This document shows, in pieces, positions 45,193-55,074 of a stretch of 64,000 nt of DNA. Source of the DNA: Wenzhouxiangellaceae bacterium (lineage in GTDB: Bacteria; Pseudomonadota; Gammaproteobacteria; Xanthomonadales; Wenzhouxiangellaceae). Under the pieces are notes generated by a model. That model was not told the origin of the DNA. It did not search any database and saw only the letters and a list, made by a program, of their open reading frames with translations. The translations under genes were made by a program, and so were the position numbers. The stretch is taken from the NCBI GenBank assembly GCA_007135395.1, contig SLIZ01000104.1, positions 4,034 to 68,033 of the forward strand. The letters run 5' to 3'. Numbering within the stretch: the stretch's first letter is position 1; each line of letters begins with the position of its first letter.

Positions 45193-46634
45193 GCAATACC
45201 CGCATTCCGATCAAGGTCAGCGATGACGGGTCGCTGTACCAGAGCGAGGCCAAGATCTACCCCCGGGAGGTGGGCGGGCGCTTCCAGCGACTGCGTAACC
45301 TGGCCGTGTTCTGGCTGCTGGGCATGTACTACGTCTTCCCCTGGATTTCCATCAATGGCCAGCAACTGGTTCTGTTCGACCTGCCGGCCCGGCAGTTCCA
45401 TGTCTTCGGCCTGACCTTCTGGCCCCAGGACTTCATCCTGCTGTCGGCACTTCTGATCATCGCCGGCTTGACCCTGTTTTTCTTCACGGCCCTGGCCGGG
45501 CGTGTCTGGTGCGGTTTTGCCTGTCCCCAGACGGTCTGGACCGAGGCCTTCCTGTGGATGGAGCGAATCACCGAGGGCCCCCGGGGCAAGCGGATCAAGC
45601 TTGACCAGGCCCCCTGGAATGCCGAAAAGATACGGCGCAAGACAGCCAAGCATTTTCTCTGGCTGGTGTTTGCCCTGTGGACGGGGTTCACCTTTGTCGG
45701 CTTCTTTACCCCCATCCGGGACCTGTCTACCCGGGTGCCCTTCGAACTGGGCGGCTGGGAAACCTTCTGGATACTTTTCTATTCCCTGGCCACCTGGGGC
45801 AATGCCGGGTTCCTGCGCGAGCAGGTGTGCAAGTACATGTGTCCCTATGCCCGATTCCAGTCGGCCATGTTTGATCCCGACACCCTGATCATTTCCTACG
45901 ACGAAAGCCGGGGTGAGCCCCGGGGCGGAAGGCGCCGGTCAGTGCCCTCCCATGCCAGCCGGCAGGCATTGGAAGCCGAGGGGAGGCTGGAAGACCATCC
46001 AACACCGAATGAGCTGGGTGACTGTATCGACTGTACCCTGTGTGTCCAGGTCTGTCCGACGGGTATCGATATCCGGGATGGACTTCAGATCGAGTGCATT
46101 GCATGTGCGGCCTGCGTGGATGCCTGTGACGAGGTCATGGACAAGATGGGCTACGAGCGGGGGCTGATCCGCTATACCACCGAAAATGCACTCCAGGGCA
46201 AGCCCAGCCGGATCCTCCGGCCCCGCACAGCAGTCTACGGGCTGATCCTGGCGGCCATCATTTCCACCTTCGTGTGGGCGGTGTTCAATCGCTCCGAGTT
46301 GATCGTTGAGGTCCTCAGGGACCGAAACGTGATGTACCGGGAGACGGTGGACGACCGCATCGAGAACGTCTATACGATCAAGCTGGTCAACAAGGCTTCC
46401 GAGGAACGGTATTATGAGATCTCGGTGACCGGTGAGGATGCGGTAAGCGGCCTTGATCTTCCCGACTCGGTCCGGGTCGATGCAGGCCAGGTCCGTGACC
46501 TGGTGGTTACCCTGACCGCCCCGGCCGATGCAGTATCCGGGCGCCACCCGATCACCTTCCAGGTCCGCCGGATCGACGATCCGGACCAGGTAAAATCCAA
46601 CGACAGCGCGTTTTTCGCGCCGGAGCAGCGATAG
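45189..46634 (+). CDS. ccoG: Cytochrome c oxidase accessory protein CcoG (4Fe-4S ferredoxin-type membrane protein)
   Basis: GRVWCGFACPQTVW and CKYMCPYARFQ, plus two ferredoxin motifs CIDCTLCVQVCP and CIACAACVDAC. Confidence 0.93.
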   Translation: MSNTRIPIKVSDDGSLYQSEAKIYPREVGGRFQRLRNLAVFWLLGMYYVFPWISINGQQLVLFDLPARQFHVFGLTFWPQDFILLSALLIIAGLTLFFFTALAGRVWCGFACPQTVWTEAFLWMERITEGPRGKRIKLDQAPWNAEKIRRKTAKHFLWLVFALWTGFTFVGFFTPIRDLSTRVPFELGGWETFWILFYSLATWGNAGFLREQVCKYMCPYARFQSAMFDPDTLIISYDESRGEPRGGRRRSVPSHASRQALEAEGRLEDHPTPNELGDCIDCTLCVQVCPTGIDIRDGLQIECIACAACVDACDEVMDKMGYERGLIRYTTENALQGKPSRILRPRTAVYGLILAAIISTFVWAVFNRSELIVEVLRDRNVMYRETVDDRIENVYTIKLVNKASEERYYEISVTGEDAVSGLDLPDSVRVDAGQVRDLVVTLTAPADAVSGRHPITFQVRRIDDPDQVKSNDSAFFAPEQR

Positions 46635-46636
46635 GC

Positions 46637-47128
46637 ATGATCAGGAACCTTACTGGCCGTATCGAACCCTGGGCCGTGCTGGTCTGGCTTCCGGCCCTTG
46701 GTGGCGTGTTTTCCGGGCTCATGCTGGTCCAGTTTGCCCTGCGCCATGCCGACGAGCCGGTTCGCGACGACGTGGAACGCCAGGCGCGCATGCAAAAGAC
46801 CGTGGAGGCCCCGGCCCGGCGGGCCGGAGAACTGGGGTTGTCGGCAGACTGGTCGCTGGACCCGGACACCGGCATCCTGTCGGTGGACCTGGCCGGGCAG
46901 GCCCCCGGGAATGGGCTCAACCTGGTGCTCTGGCACGCCACCCGTTCCGAGCTGGACCGGGAGGTCGAGCTGACCCGGGCCCCGGACGGTCAATGGACTG
47001 CCTCGGTCTGGCTGCCCCCGGAGGTTCGCTACGGGCTGCGGCTTGAAGATCCCGCCGATACCTGGGCCATTACCGGCAGACTCGAACCCGGCAAGTATTC
47101 CGGCCGTCTGGAGCCGGCCCGGCGCTGA
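46637..47128 (+). CDS. ccoH: FixH/CcoH-family protein
   Basis: 163 aa with one N-terminal TM, positioned between ccoG and ccoI. Confidence 0.7.
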   Translation: MIRNLTGRIEPWAVLVWLPALGGVFSGLMLVQFALRHADEPVRDDVERQARMQKTVEAPARRAGELGLSADWSLDPDTGILSVDLAGQAPGNGLNLVLWHATRSELDREVELTRAPDGQWTASVWLPPEVRYGLRLEDPADTWAITGRLEPGKYSGRLEPARR

Positions 47129-49620
47129 TGAGCGCCACCGCCGCGACCCTGGCCGGCGCCCGGGTGGAGTGCTTCCACTGTGGCGAGCCGGTACCCGACG
47201 GCCTTGATCTGAGTGTACCCATCGACGGCCGGTCCGAGCCGGTTTGCTGCATCGGTTGCCAGGCGGCGGCGGGGTGGATTGCCGGCAGCGGTCTGACCGA
47301 TTATTACCGCCTGCGCCAGGCCACCGCCGATACCCCCCAGCCGGAAATCATGGCCCTGGAGGTCTGGGACCGTCCGTCCCTCCAGGCGCAATATGTCCAC
47401 GCCGCCGACGAGGCCCACCACGAGGTCAGCCTGATCACCGATGGCATTCACTGTGCGGCCTGTACCTGGCTGATCGAAAAGGCCATGGCCCGGGAGCGGG
47501 GCCTTCACCGGGTGGAGGCCAACCCGGTCTCCCGCCGGGTATGGCTTTCCTTCGATCCCGGCGAGACTCGATTGTCCACCCTGCTCAAGCGCCTTCATCA
47601 CCTGGGTTTCAAATCCCGTCCCCTGGATGCCGAAGCCGCCGAGGATCAGTGGCAGAACGAACGCCGGGCGGCGCTCAAGCGCCTTGGCGTGGCCGGGCTG
47701 GGGATGATGCAGGCGATGATGTACGCCGTCGCCCTGTGGATGGGGGCCTTCGAAGAAATGGACACAGCCACCCGGGACTTTTTCCGCTGGGTGGCGTTTT
47801 TCGTGACCACCCCGGTTCTGCTGTACTCGGCTTCTCCCTTTTACAAGGGCATGGTCCGGGAGCTTCGTGCCGGGCGCCTGGGCATGGACACACCCGTCAG
47901 CCTGGCCCTGATCCTGGCCTATACGGGCAGTCTGTACGAAACCATCCGGGGCGGGCCGGAAGTCTATTTCGAATCAGTGGCCATGTTCGTCTTCTTCCTG
48001 GCCATCGGCCGGTTCGTGGAAATGAGCGTGCGCCATCGCTCCATCCAGTCCGGCGAGGCCCTGGCCCATCGGACTCCGGCCGTCGCGCTGCGGGTATCCG
48101 GCCAGGCCCCGCCGGAAACCGTCGCTGTGGCCGAACTGGAAACCGGCGACCGGGTTCGCGTTCTGCCCGGCGAGGCACTGCCGGCCGACGGGGTGCTGGT
48201 CGACAGCCAGGCCTGGGTGGACGAATCCATGGTCACCGGTGAATCCCGGCCGGTGCACAAGCGCAGGGGAGATGAATTGCTGGCCGGGTCCATTTGCCGG
48301 GACCGGGCCCTGGACCTGGAGGTCACCGCCCTGGGTCAGTCCACGGTGCTGGCCGCCCTTGGAAGAATGATGGATGCTGCTGCCCGGGAACGACCCCGGC
48401 TGGCGCGCCAGGCCGAGCGAATGGCCGCCTGGTTTGTGGCCCGGGTCCTGGTATTTGCTTCCGTGGCTGCCCTGGTCTGGCTCTACCTGGACCCATCCCG
48501 GGTTTTTCCCATCACCCTGGCGGTGCTGGTGGTCTGCTGTCCCTGCGCCCTTTCCCTGGCCGTGCCCACCGCCCTGGCCGCTGCCCAGCGCAAGCTGGCC
48601 GGGCTGGGCCTGCTGGTCGTCCGGGCCGATGCCCTGGAGGCCCTGTCCCGGGCCGATACGGTGGTGCTGGACAAGACCGGAACCCTGACCGAAAACGATA
48701 TCTCCGTGGTCGACGTTGAACTGCCTGAAAAGGCCACCCTGGACCGGCAACAGGCTCTTTCCCTGGCCGCGGCACTGGAGGCCGAATCCACCCACCCGCT
48801 GGCCCGCGCCTTTCAACCCTACCGGCACGACCAGACAGTCGCCGAACGTCTGGAGACGGTTTCCGGGGGCGGGGTCATGGGCGAGATCCGGGGCCGTCAC
48901 TGGCGTCTGGGCAAGCTGGATTTCGTGACCGAAGGCCGCAAGGCCTCCGGGCCTGACGACCGGGTCTACCTGGGTTGCCAGGGCCGGGTCATGGCCGCCT
49001 TCGGGATTCATGCACCCTTGAAGTTCGATGCCGCCGATGCCGTGGCGGGTCTCAAGGCCCTGGGTCTGAAAGTCATCCTGCTCAGCGGAGACAGCTGCCA
49101 GGCGGTGGAAGACTGCGCCCGGGCGCTGGGGATCGAAGACTACCGGGGGCGCATGTGGCCGGAGGAAAAACTTGACCGGGTACGGGCCCTGCAGGCCGAA
49201 GGGCACCGGGTGGCCATGGTGGGCGATGGAATCAACGATGCCCCGGTTCTCGCCGGGGCCGACGTGGCACTGGCTTTAGCCTCCGGAAGCGGCCTGGCCC
49301 AGAGCTCTGCCGATGTGATCGTGGCCGGCAACCGCCTGTCGGGCCTGCCGGAGATCGTGGGGGTTGCCCGAAGGACCCGCCGGGTGATCCGGCAGAATTT
49401 TGGCTGGGCACTGAGCTACAACCTGTCGGCGGTTCCCTTTGCCGCCATGGGTTTCATTACCCCCTGGATGGCCGCCCTCGGCATGTCCCTGAGCTCCCTG
49501 GCGGTTACCCTGAATGCCACTCGCCTGGCCCGCAAGCCGGCGCCTGATTCAGCGGTAGACTCACCGGCAAGGTCTGATTCGGAGGTTGCCGGTCCCGTCG
49601 AGGAAAAGGCTGCATCATGA
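47128..49620 (+). CDS. ccoI: Copper-translocating P1B-type ATPase CcoI/FixI
   Basis: N-terminal CxxC pairs, TGES, the CPC transmembrane metal site (VVCCPCALSL), DKTGTLT, and GDGINDAP. Confidence 0.94.
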   Translation: MSATAATLAGARVECFHCGEPVPDGLDLSVPIDGRSEPVCCIGCQAAAGWIAGSGLTDYYRLRQATADTPQPEIMALEVWDRPSLQAQYVHAADEAHHEVSLITDGIHCAACTWLIEKAMARERGLHRVEANPVSRRVWLSFDPGETRLSTLLKRLHHLGFKSRPLDAEAAEDQWQNERRAALKRLGVAGLGMMQAMMYAVALWMGAFEEMDTATRDFFRWVAFFVTTPVLLYSASPFYKGMVRELRAGRLGMDTPVSLALILAYTGSLYETIRGGPEVYFESVAMFVFFLAIGRFVEMSVRHRSIQSGEALAHRTPAVALRVSGQAPPETVAVAELETGDRVRVLPGEALPADGVLVDSQAWVDESMVTGESRPVHKRRGDELLAGSICRDRALDLEVTALGQSTVLAALGRMMDAAARERPRLARQAERMAAWFVARVLVFASVAALVWLYLDPSRVFPITLAVLVVCCPCALSLAVPTALAAAQRKLAGLGLLVVRADALEALSRADTVVLDKTGTLTENDISVVDVELPEKATLDRQQALSLAAALEAESTHPLARAFQPYRHDQTVAERLETVSGGGVMGEIRGRHWRLGKLDFVTEGRKASGPDDRVYLGCQGRVMAAFGIHAPLKFDAADAVAGLKALGLKVILLSGDSCQAVEDCARALGIEDYRGRMWPEEKLDRVRALQAEGHRVAMVGDGINDAPVLAGADVALALASGSGLAQSSADVIVAGNRLSGLPEIVGVARRTRRVIRQNFGWALSYNLSAVPFAAMGFITPWMAALGMSLSSLAVTLNATRLARKPAPDSAVDSPARSDSEVAGPVEEKAAS

Positions 49621-49826
49621 ATATCATCCTGATCCTGATCCCGTTGAGCATCGTGCTCCTGATATTCGCCGGCATTGCCCTGTTCTGGGCCATCAACCAT
49701 GGTCAGTTCGATGACCTGGACACTCCGGCCATTTCCATCCTGGTCGACGACGACGAGGCGCCCGGCGGCCGGGATCGGGAAGGCGAAAGCCAAGGGGAGG
49801 ACAACGACCCCGAACCCCCGGGCTGA
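49617..49826 (+). CDS. ccoS: cbb3 oxidase maturation protein CcoS/FixS
   Basis: MNIILILIPLSIVLLIFAGIALFWAINHGQFDDLD is the canonical CcoS sequence. Its start overlaps the ccoI stop. Confidence 0.9.
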   Translation: MNIILILIPLSIVLLIFAGIALFWAINHGQFDDLDTPAISILVDDDEAPGGRDREGESQGEDNDPEPPG

Positions 49827-49828
49827 CC

Positions 49829-50551
49829 GTGGACGGAGTGACCCTGACCAGTGCCTTTCTCGCCGGGCTGTTGGGCAGCGGCCACTGTGCGGTCATGTGC
49901 GGGGGGATCGCGGTGGCCTTTACCGGGCTGCCCGGGGTGGAGGACACCCGCCAGGTCCGCCTTCGGGCTCTTCGCATGCAGATTGGTCGGGTGGCCAGCT
50001 ATACCCTGGCCGGCGTGATCATGGCTTCCATCGGGCTCGGTCTGGCCACTCTGGCCGACCCGGAACCGGTTACCCGATTCTTTCGGGTTGCCCTGGGTGG
50101 TGTGCTGATTCTGGCCGGGTTGCAACTGATGCGGGGGCCGGGAAAGATGGACTGGCTGGCCGGTCCCGGGCGGCGGGTCTGGCAGCGCCTTCAGCCCCTT
50201 ACCCGGCACTTTCTGCCGGTCAACACGCCCTGGCGGGCCTATGGCCTGGGGGCGCTTTGGGGCTGGCTGCCCTGCGGGCTTGTCTACACCCTGCTGCTGG
50301 CCGCCTGGTTCAGCGCCAGCCCGCTTCACGGTGGCGCCCTGATGCTCGCCTTCGGCCTGGGCACATTGCCCGCACTGATGGCCATTTCCCTGGGCGCGGC
50401 GGGCTTTCAGCGGCGCCTTCAGCAACACTCGACCCGCATCGGTCTGGGGCTGGTGGTCATGCTCGGTGGCCTGGTTACCGCACTGGCGCCGGTGCTGGTC
50501 AATCTTCCCGTACTCGGACCGATCCTGATTGCACTGGGATGCAAGGTTTGA
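49829..50551 (+). CDS. DsbD_2 / TauE-SafE-like membrane protein commonly found after ccoS
   Basis: GTG start 2 nt after the ccoS stop. It has the GSGHCAVMCGG motif and six or so TM helices. Confidence 0.75.
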   Translation: MDGVTLTSAFLAGLLGSGHCAVMCGGIAVAFTGLPGVEDTRQVRLRALRMQIGRVASYTLAGVIMASIGLGLATLADPEPVTRFFRVALGGVLILAGLQLMRGPGKMDWLAGPGRRVWQRLQPLTRHFLPVNTPWRAYGLGALWGWLPCGLVYTLLLAAWFSASPLHGGALMLAFGLGTLPALMAISLGAAGFQRRLQQHSTRIGLGLVVMLGGLVTALAPVLVNLPVLGPILIALGCKV

Positions 50552-50599
50552 TAATTCGGGGGGGTATACTGACCAGTATTCGACCTGGGCTGGAGCGTT

Positions 50600-51514
50600 A
50601 TGATGAAAGGTGTTGGCGGTTATCGATTGTTGCTTGGCATGGCAGTCTTGTTTTCGGCAGTAGTTTTTCCGGGCTGGGGATACGCCGATGAGGGTATCGA
50701 AGTCCCCTGTGTGAATTGCCCGGACCTGGATTCCCCTGTTTATCCCGAATCGGGCATCTGGTTCAACCCGGAACAGTCGGGTACCGGCTTCATGTTCGAG
50801 GTACAGAATGGACATCTGGGCGGGTATTACTATCTCTACGATGAGGATGGCAACCCGGTCTGGTATCTGGTCTCCGGGTGGCTCGAGGAATCCGATGACA
50901 CGGCCGCACACTTCCAACTGGAGACCGAGCTTCAGCGTCACCAGGGAGGGGCTTGTCTGAACTGTGAATATCAGACGCCGGAGCTGGGAGAGTCGCCTGG
51001 CGATATCCGGCTGGAATTCTTCCACCGTAATCTTGGTCGTTTCAGCGTGGACGACGGACCGGCCCAGAACATCCTTCCACTGACCCACGGCGTTCCGGGC
51101 AGTCGGCCATTCCGGCCGGCGACGGACTATGTGTTTCCGGATCTGGAAGGGGAATGGGTGCTTGTACACGGTAGCCCGGGAATGACCGGTGGCAGAAACC
51201 TCTCCAGTGCTGTGGTTATGGTCATGACGCCACGTGAGCTGGATCCCGGTGCCCCGGAGATCAAGGCACGATACCGGATGTTTGTCGGAGGCAACTCACC
51301 CATCCTGGATCCACCGATCACCAGGTCACTTGATTGCATGGTCGACGAGTCCCTTGGGCCGGTGTGCGAACTCAGGTATGCAGCTTTTGGATCTCATGTC
51401 TGGACGATCCATCTTGCGGACTTGGGCCACCGTCGATTCATTGGCACCTTGACTCAGCCGGAGGATCTTGCCGGCACGGAAGTGGTGGAAGCTTTCCGTC
51501 TCGACTATGACTGA
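50600..51514 (+). CDS. Secreted hypothetical protein (304 aa)
   Basis: Signal peptide MMKGVGGYRLLLGMAVLFSAVVFPGWGYA. Paired Cys motifs CVNCP and CLNCE. No family recognised. Confidence 0.6.
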   Translation: MMKGVGGYRLLLGMAVLFSAVVFPGWGYADEGIEVPCVNCPDLDSPVYPESGIWFNPEQSGTGFMFEVQNGHLGGYYYLYDEDGNPVWYLVSGWLEESDDTAAHFQLETELQRHQGGACLNCEYQTPELGESPGDIRLEFFHRNLGRFSVDDGPAQNILPLTHGVPGSRPFRPATDYVFPDLEGEWVLVHGSPGMTGGRNLSSAVVMVMTPRELDPGAPEIKARYRMFVGGNSPILDPPITRSLDCMVDESLGPVCELRYAAFGSHVWTIHLADLGHRRFIGTLTQPEDLAGTEVVEAFRLDYD

Positions 51515-51661
51515 AGCCCGCTCCGCACGAAGCTTTACACAGGTGCCCGGTTTTCGAGTTCCTGCTTTGCCGCGCCGGCAGTCAGCATGACTCAGCGACT
51601 GTAAACTGGACGAATCCTGCCGTTTGTTGAAAACTCGCAGTTTTCGGATCCGGGAGAAATC

Positions 51662-53824
51662 ATGTCGGCAAACATTGAATCGAAAGTCCAGGCCCTCGAA
51701 GAGGTGGTCGATCAATGCCTCGAACGGCTTGGCGGGCACGTGGTGCTGGGTCTGCCCCTGGGCCTGGGCAAGCCCAACCGGCTGGTCAACGCTTTCTACC
51801 GGCGGGCCCGGGCTGACGAATCCATTGAACTGGAGATCGTCACGGCCCTGTCGTTGAACCCCCCGCAACCGGGCAGCGATCTCGAGCGCCGGATGATGGA
51901 GCCCTTCGTGGAACGCCACTTCGGTGCCGATTACCCCCGCCTGGAATATGTCGACGACCGGTCCGCCGGGAAGCTGCCCGACAACGTGACCATCACCGAG
52001 TTTTACCTGCAGTCCGGAGCCAGCCTGGGAGAGCCGGATACCCAGCAAAATTATGTCTCGAGCAACTACACCCACGTGCCAAGGGACCTGATCGACCGGG
52101 GCATCAACCTGGTCATGCAGCTTGTCTCCCGGGGCACCCACCGGGGCCGGGACCGCCTGAGCCTTTCGTGCAACCCGGATATTACCCTGGACCTGGTGCG
52201 CCTGCTAAAGGACCGGCCGGGCCATGATTGCATGGCCATCGGCGTTGTCCATCCGGACCTGCCTTTCCTCCACGGTGACGCGGTGGTCGACGAGGGATTT
52301 TTCGACCTGCTGGTCGAAACGCCCCCGAAACAGCCCCTGTTTGCCATGCCCCGCATGCCGGTATCCACTTTGGATTACTGGGTCGGGCTCAATGCCAGCC
52401 GGCTGGTTGCCGACGGGGGCACCCTGCAGATCGGCATCGGGTCGCTCAGCGATGCCCTGGTCGATGCCCTGATCCTGCGCCAGCACCACAATGGCGACTA
52501 CCGGGGCCTGGTCGAGCCCGACGAAGACGACCCGGCCCGGCCCCTGGTCGAGTTCATGGGCGGGCTGGAGCCGATGGAAGAAGGCCTTTACGGGGCCAGT
52601 GAAATGTTCATGGACGGATTCATGAACCTGTACAGGGCCGGCATTCTCAAACGCGCCGTTTTCAACGACCCGGTCCTCCAGGAACTGGCCCTGGAACATG
52701 GCGTGCCCGACAGGCCCGACCGGAAACTGCTGGAAGCGATGATTGCCGAAGGCCGGCTGGGGGCGGGCCTGGACCCGGCCGGCCTGGCCCACCTCAAGGC
52801 CCTGGGGGTGCTTGATTCCCGGGTGAGCCTGGAATCCGGGTCCATCGTGGCCCCTTCCGGTGAACGGGTGAAAAACGAACTCCACCAGGCCGCGGTGGTG
52901 GAGTTTCTCGCACAACACTGCCTGGCCGACGCACTGGCTCCCGGGTCGGTCATGGACGGGGCCTTCTTTCTCGGCACGAAGGATTTCTATGGCTGGCTCA
53001 ACGGCCTGTCCGACAGCGAGCGGCCCATGTTCCGGATGACCTCGGTAGGTCAGATCAATCAGCTTTATGGCGGCAGCGAATCCCTGGAAAAGGCCCAGCG
53101 GCAAAAGGCCCGGTTCATCAACACCTGCATGATGATGACGGCCACCGGGGCGGCGGTATCCGACGGGCTGGCCGACCACCAGGTGGTTTCCGGGGTGGGC
53201 GGGCAATACAACTTCGTGGCCATGGCCCATGCCATGGAAGACGGTCGGTCCATCCTGATGCTGCGATCGACCCGTTCAAGCAAGGGCAAGACCGTCTCCA
53301 ACATCGTCTGGGAATATCCCCACACCACCATTCCCCGGCACCTGCGGGACATCGTGGTCACCGAATACGGAATTGCCGACCTGCGCGGGCGCACGGATGC
53401 CGAATGCATCAAGGCCCTGATCGGCATTGCCGATGCCCGCTTCCAGGATGAATTGCGGAAAAAGGCAGTCGAGGCGGGCAAGCTCGAAGACGACTGGGTG
53501 ATTCCCGAGCGGGCTGCGGCCAATACTCCGAAGAACCTGGAAGACCGCCTGGCTGAGGCCCGGCGGGCGGGCTATTTTCCGGATTTTCCCTGTGGGAGCG
53601 ATTTCACCGAAATCGAACGCAGGCTTCTGCCCGCCCTGAAAAAGCTCAAGGCCATCAGCAACAACAAGCTGGCCCTCGCCAGGGCGGTGTTCGCCGGAAG
53701 GCCCGGAGACTACCCGGAAGAACTCGAGCGCCTGGACCTGGACTCCCCGGAGAACCTGACCGAGCGGCTCACCGCCCGCCTCGTGGCCTGGGGCTTGGCC
53801 AACAGCCGGGCACTTACGGTGTGA
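51662..53824 (+). CDS. Acetyl-CoA hydrolase/transferase-family protein (large, 720 aa)
   Basis: The N-terminal GLPLGLGKPN and the later GGQYNFV and ITEYGIADLRG-like blocks recall the AcetylCoA_hydro/CoA-transferase family. Confidence 0.7.
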   Translation: MSANIESKVQALEEVVDQCLERLGGHVVLGLPLGLGKPNRLVNAFYRRARADESIELEIVTALSLNPPQPGSDLERRMMEPFVERHFGADYPRLEYVDDRSAGKLPDNVTITEFYLQSGASLGEPDTQQNYVSSNYTHVPRDLIDRGINLVMQLVSRGTHRGRDRLSLSCNPDITLDLVRLLKDRPGHDCMAIGVVHPDLPFLHGDAVVDEGFFDLLVETPPKQPLFAMPRMPVSTLDYWVGLNASRLVADGGTLQIGIGSLSDALVDALILRQHHNGDYRGLVEPDEDDPARPLVEFMGGLEPMEEGLYGASEMFMDGFMNLYRAGILKRAVFNDPVLQELALEHGVPDRPDRKLLEAMIAEGRLGAGLDPAGLAHLKALGVLDSRVSLESGSIVAPSGERVKNELHQAAVVEFLAQHCLADALAPGSVMDGAFFLGTKDFYGWLNGLSDSERPMFRMTSVGQINQLYGGSESLEKAQRQKARFINTCMMMTATGAAVSDGLADHQVVSGVGGQYNFVAMAHAMEDGRSILMLRSTRSSKGKTVSNIVWEYPHTTIPRHLRDIVVTEYGIADLRGRTDAECIKALIGIADARFQDELRKKAVEAGKLEDDWVIPERAAANTPKNLEDRLAEARRAGYFPDFPCGSDFTEIERRLLPALKKLKAISNNKLALARAVFAGRPGDYPEELERLDLDSPENLTERLTARLVAWGLANSRALTV

Positions 53825-53894
53825 TCCGGCCCTTGACCCGACCGACAGGGGCCACCAACATAGCCCCGTTCTTTGCCAACAGGTTCGAGCACCC

Positions 53895-55034
53895 ATGATC
53901 ACCATCCACAGCAGTTTCGATGGCGGCAATATCGAAGTCGTCGACGCCAACAAGGCCGAAGCCATTCGCCTTCGCATCAACAAGGATGCCGGCGACCGGC
54001 ATGGCCAGTGGTTTTTCTTCCAGCTTTGCAACGGCGCCGGGACCCATTGCCGGATGAGCATCGAGAATGCCGGAGACATGTCCTATCCCGACGGGTTCAA
54101 GGACTACCAGGCTGTGGCCTCCTACGACCAGGAATACTGGTTCCGGGTACCGACTGAATTCGACGGCAGCAAGCTGACCATTTCCCACCAGCCTGAAACC
54201 GACTCCATCTACTACGCCTACTTTGCCCCCTACAGCATGGCCCGGCACCAGGATCTCATCGCCCAGGCCCTGGAAAGCCCCCTGGTATCGGCTACCACCC
54301 TGTGCACCACGCCGGATGGCCACCCCCACACCCTGCTGACCATCGGCGAGCCGGATTCGGCCAGGAAGCGAATCTGGATCACGGCCCGGCAACACCCGGG
54401 GGAAACCATGGCTGAATGGTGGGTCGAAGGTTTTCTCGATCGCCTGCTCAACCCGGAAGATCCGGTCAGCCGGCGCCTGCTGGACGATGCGGTGGTCTAC
54501 CTGGTGCCCAACATGTGCCTGGACGGCAGCACCCGGGGTCACCTGCGATGCAATGCCCGGGGAGTGAACCTGAACCGGGCCTGGAAGGACCCGGACCCGA
54601 AGGAATCCCCGGAGGTTTTCCATGTGCGCGAGACCATGCGCAAGACCGGCGTGGATTTCGCCCTGGATGTCCATGGTGACGAGGCCCTGCCCTACAACTT
54701 CATCGCCGGCGGGGAAGGGGTGGCGTCCTGGAACGAGGATCGCAACCGGGAACTGGTCGCCTTCAAGCAACTGCTGGCCGGCATCAGCCCGGACTTCCAG
54801 ACCGAACACGGCTACGAGATCGACCCGCCGAACTCCGCCGACCTGCGCAAGTGCACCGACTACATGGCTGAAACCTTCGGTTGCCTGGCCATGACCCTGG
54901 AAATGCCCTTCAAGGACACCGCCGACGATCCCATGCCGGAAATCGGCTGGTCGCCGGGTCGAAGCGCCCGCCTGGGCAGCTCCTGTCTCGATGCCATCTA
55001 CCGCTGGCTGCAGGGAGACTGCAATAAGGGCTGA
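53895..55034 (+). CDS. Cytosolic M14-family metallocarboxypeptidase (no signal peptide)
   Basis: An N-terminal beta-sandwich-like domain (FDGGNIEVV) is followed by the zinc motif ARQHPGETMAEW and the DVHGDE His ligand region. Confidence 0.82.
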   Translation: MITIHSSFDGGNIEVVDANKAEAIRLRINKDAGDRHGQWFFFQLCNGAGTHCRMSIENAGDMSYPDGFKDYQAVASYDQEYWFRVPTEFDGSKLTISHQPETDSIYYAYFAPYSMARHQDLIAQALESPLVSATTLCTTPDGHPHTLLTIGEPDSARKRIWITARQHPGETMAEWWVEGFLDRLLNPEDPVSRRLLDDAVVYLVPNMCLDGSTRGHLRCNARGVNLNRAWKDPDPKESPEVFHVRETMRKTGVDFALDVHGDEALPYNFIAGGEGVASWNEDRNRELVAFKQLLAGISPDFQTEHGYEIDPPNSADLRKCTDYMAETFGCLAMTLEMPFKDTADDPMPEIGWSPGRSARLGSSCLDAIYRWLQGDCNKG

Positions 55035-55074
55035 AACGGGAAGGGCGCTCAACCGGCCGTTCGACCCATCCGGT

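Noticed and set aside
47974-51169. 410-aa and 488-aa minus-strand ORFs (47974-49206, 49703-51169)
   Set aside because: They are antisense to ccoI, ccoS, the DsbD_2-like gene and the secreted 304-aa protein.
52205-55052. 341-aa, 267-aa and 412-aa minus-strand ORFs
   Set aside because: They are antisense to the acetyl-CoA hydrolase-family gene and the second M14 gene.
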